In this document: positions 62,483-64,000 of the stretch, piece by piece
How positions within the stretch are numbered: the stretch's first letter is position 1
How the letters are laid out: each line of letters opens with the position of its first letter
Assembly (NCBI GenBank): GCA_047495785.1
Contig: JBLDXI010000015.1
Span: 4,774,001 to 4,838,000, forward strand
Length of the DNA stretch: 64,000 nucleotides
Reading direction: 5' to 3'
From: Lepidodermella squamata
Taxonomy: Eukaryota; Animalia; Gastrotricha
Program-made: the position numbers and the translations under genes
The notes under the pieces: model-generated
Databases searched by the model: none
The model's input: only the letters and a program-made list of their open reading frames with translations
Told to the model about the DNA's origin: nothing

Positions 62483-64000
62483 GTTGAATTAATTCATGAA
62501 AGCTCTCCAAATGTAAGAACAAGTGCACTATTCAAAGGTGAAAACTTCCTATTAAAATGGGGCAGGTAGAGAGAAGTATTTAGAACGCGTGGCAAGAGTC
62601 GATTTCAAAAATGGAAAATCAAATCACACCCGCCAACGACATTCGTCGATAATAACTCGAGTTTTTCCGCTACGGCTGGCAATTCAAATACGCACTGGCG
62701 GGCCGCAGCTATGACGCCTGGTTTTCGATTTTAAACAAAGGAAAGGAAGCGAAAATAACGAGACGTTCAATTACCTTTCTAAGCGGAACGAAGTTGGCCC
62801 ATTACAATATTAGTATAAGCGAAGAAGTAATCATAGAATTTGTATCGTAGAATATATCGTAGAATGGCATTAGTTTTGTGCTTAAAATGTTGAGGTTTGG
62901 CTGTGACTTTATTGATGAAGATGAAAATCGAAAGAGGGATTAATCATCACCGATGTTTATTATATGTATAACGTATGGGCGTGTGTGACAGGTGAAAAGG
63001 TGGGTATTCCGAGCATTAAATTAAGTAAAGCCTTATATGAAAGCGATCTTTGCAGTTCTAGTTACGACAGAGCGTGTGCATACTTATCAGCCATTGAAAA
63101 CATAGGTTAGAAATTGCTGTCTCATGATGTCGTTAGTGAGGCTGTACCATTATGAGAAAATAATAACGCTGCGACGGCGGAAATTTATACATGGGGAAAG
63201 TGTAAGTCGCCTACCGCGAATGAGCCGATAGGAGTCGCGTGACCAACTATCGATTTTGATCGCTTAATCATTAAAATAATAATGAGTCGAAGAAGCGACG
63301 TAAAAAAGCGATTCACGCGGCTTTCATCTTCGAGGTTATTTGGCAACAGTTGCTCGTCCTTAATCCCCTGCATTTCTCAGATAATTATCTGCGCGCAAGT
63401 GCGATTGTAATTTTATTCATCGCGACAACTACCCTTGAGAAGCCCTAAGCATGCTGGCTAATCATATTGCCGCGAATTTTTTTGGGGACGCAGCGTAATA
63501 TAAAAGACTTATTTCGTGCTTGAAATGCAAATTGATATATAATGCAATTTTGCTAATGGGTTTCGTTTCGAATTTCATGTTATGAAGTTCCGCCTGTTTT
63601 TTTACGAGCCTTCAATCGACCTGGAAAATAATGAAAAATGGCACTCCCTCATCTCCAGTAGCCCGAATTGCATCAGCATCAAATCGTGGTTCAACCCTCG
63701 CGTCGAAACTTAGGTATGGGCGGAACGGAATTTCCTGTAGTTTTTGTTTTGCCAATTTTCGAGTCACGATTTACTCCTGAAGCCCTGTAATTTGATCCAA
63801 CTGCGGATGAGCTAGTGCAGCTTAAAACAGAAGGACAACATTTTCAATTCAACTTTATTTTCGAATTGCACTGCCGAAACATGAAAATATTGAAAATGTA
63901 GACATTCGAGCTTCCTTAAAATTATTATTATTATCAATTTTTGATGCAGAGAACCACCAACGCGAATAAAGAGAAAAACGCGAAAAAACTGAACTTGAAT

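Noticed and set aside
1-64000. CRISPR arrays, rRNA, tRNA, prokaryotic systems or horizontally transferred islands
   Set aside because: None was recognised. The genes are metazoan-type and mostly contain spliceosomal introns.

Overview
This is a gene-dense window from a compact invertebrate animal genome, not a prokaryote. It has many spliceosomal introns of about 50-60 nt, so the ORF track splits most genes into pieces. Splicing by hand gives about 18 protein-coding genes. In order they are: a secreted, probably GPI-anchored GH65 (PGGHG/ATHL1-like) glycosidase; an ELOVL3/6-type elongase; a protein with two GPR158-type Cache+EGF modules and no 7TM domain; an ionotropic glutamate receptor; a large WD40-like protein; MRPL57; TMEM135; a RING-B-box-coiled coil-ankyrin (TRIM-like) protein; a second ionotropic glutamate receptor; myophilin/transgelin; CCDC28; a tandem pair of TFPT-like coiled-coil + HMG-box genes; sepiapterin reductase; beta-hexosaminidase; a RhoGAP-fold protein lacking the arginine finger; a Prdm13 without a PR domain; a RASL10-like GTPase; and an orphan single-pass membrane protein. 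MRPL57 and CCDC28 are absent from the ORF track. Non-coding features include a degenerate TIR element, a possible retroelement 3' end with a (CATA)n tail, two GC-AG introns, and signs of trans-splicing or operon-like organisation. The most unusual candidates are the double-Cache surface protein beside an iGluR, the TRIM-ankyrin fusion and the operon-like junctions. All family assignments come from recognising motifs by eye; no searches were run.
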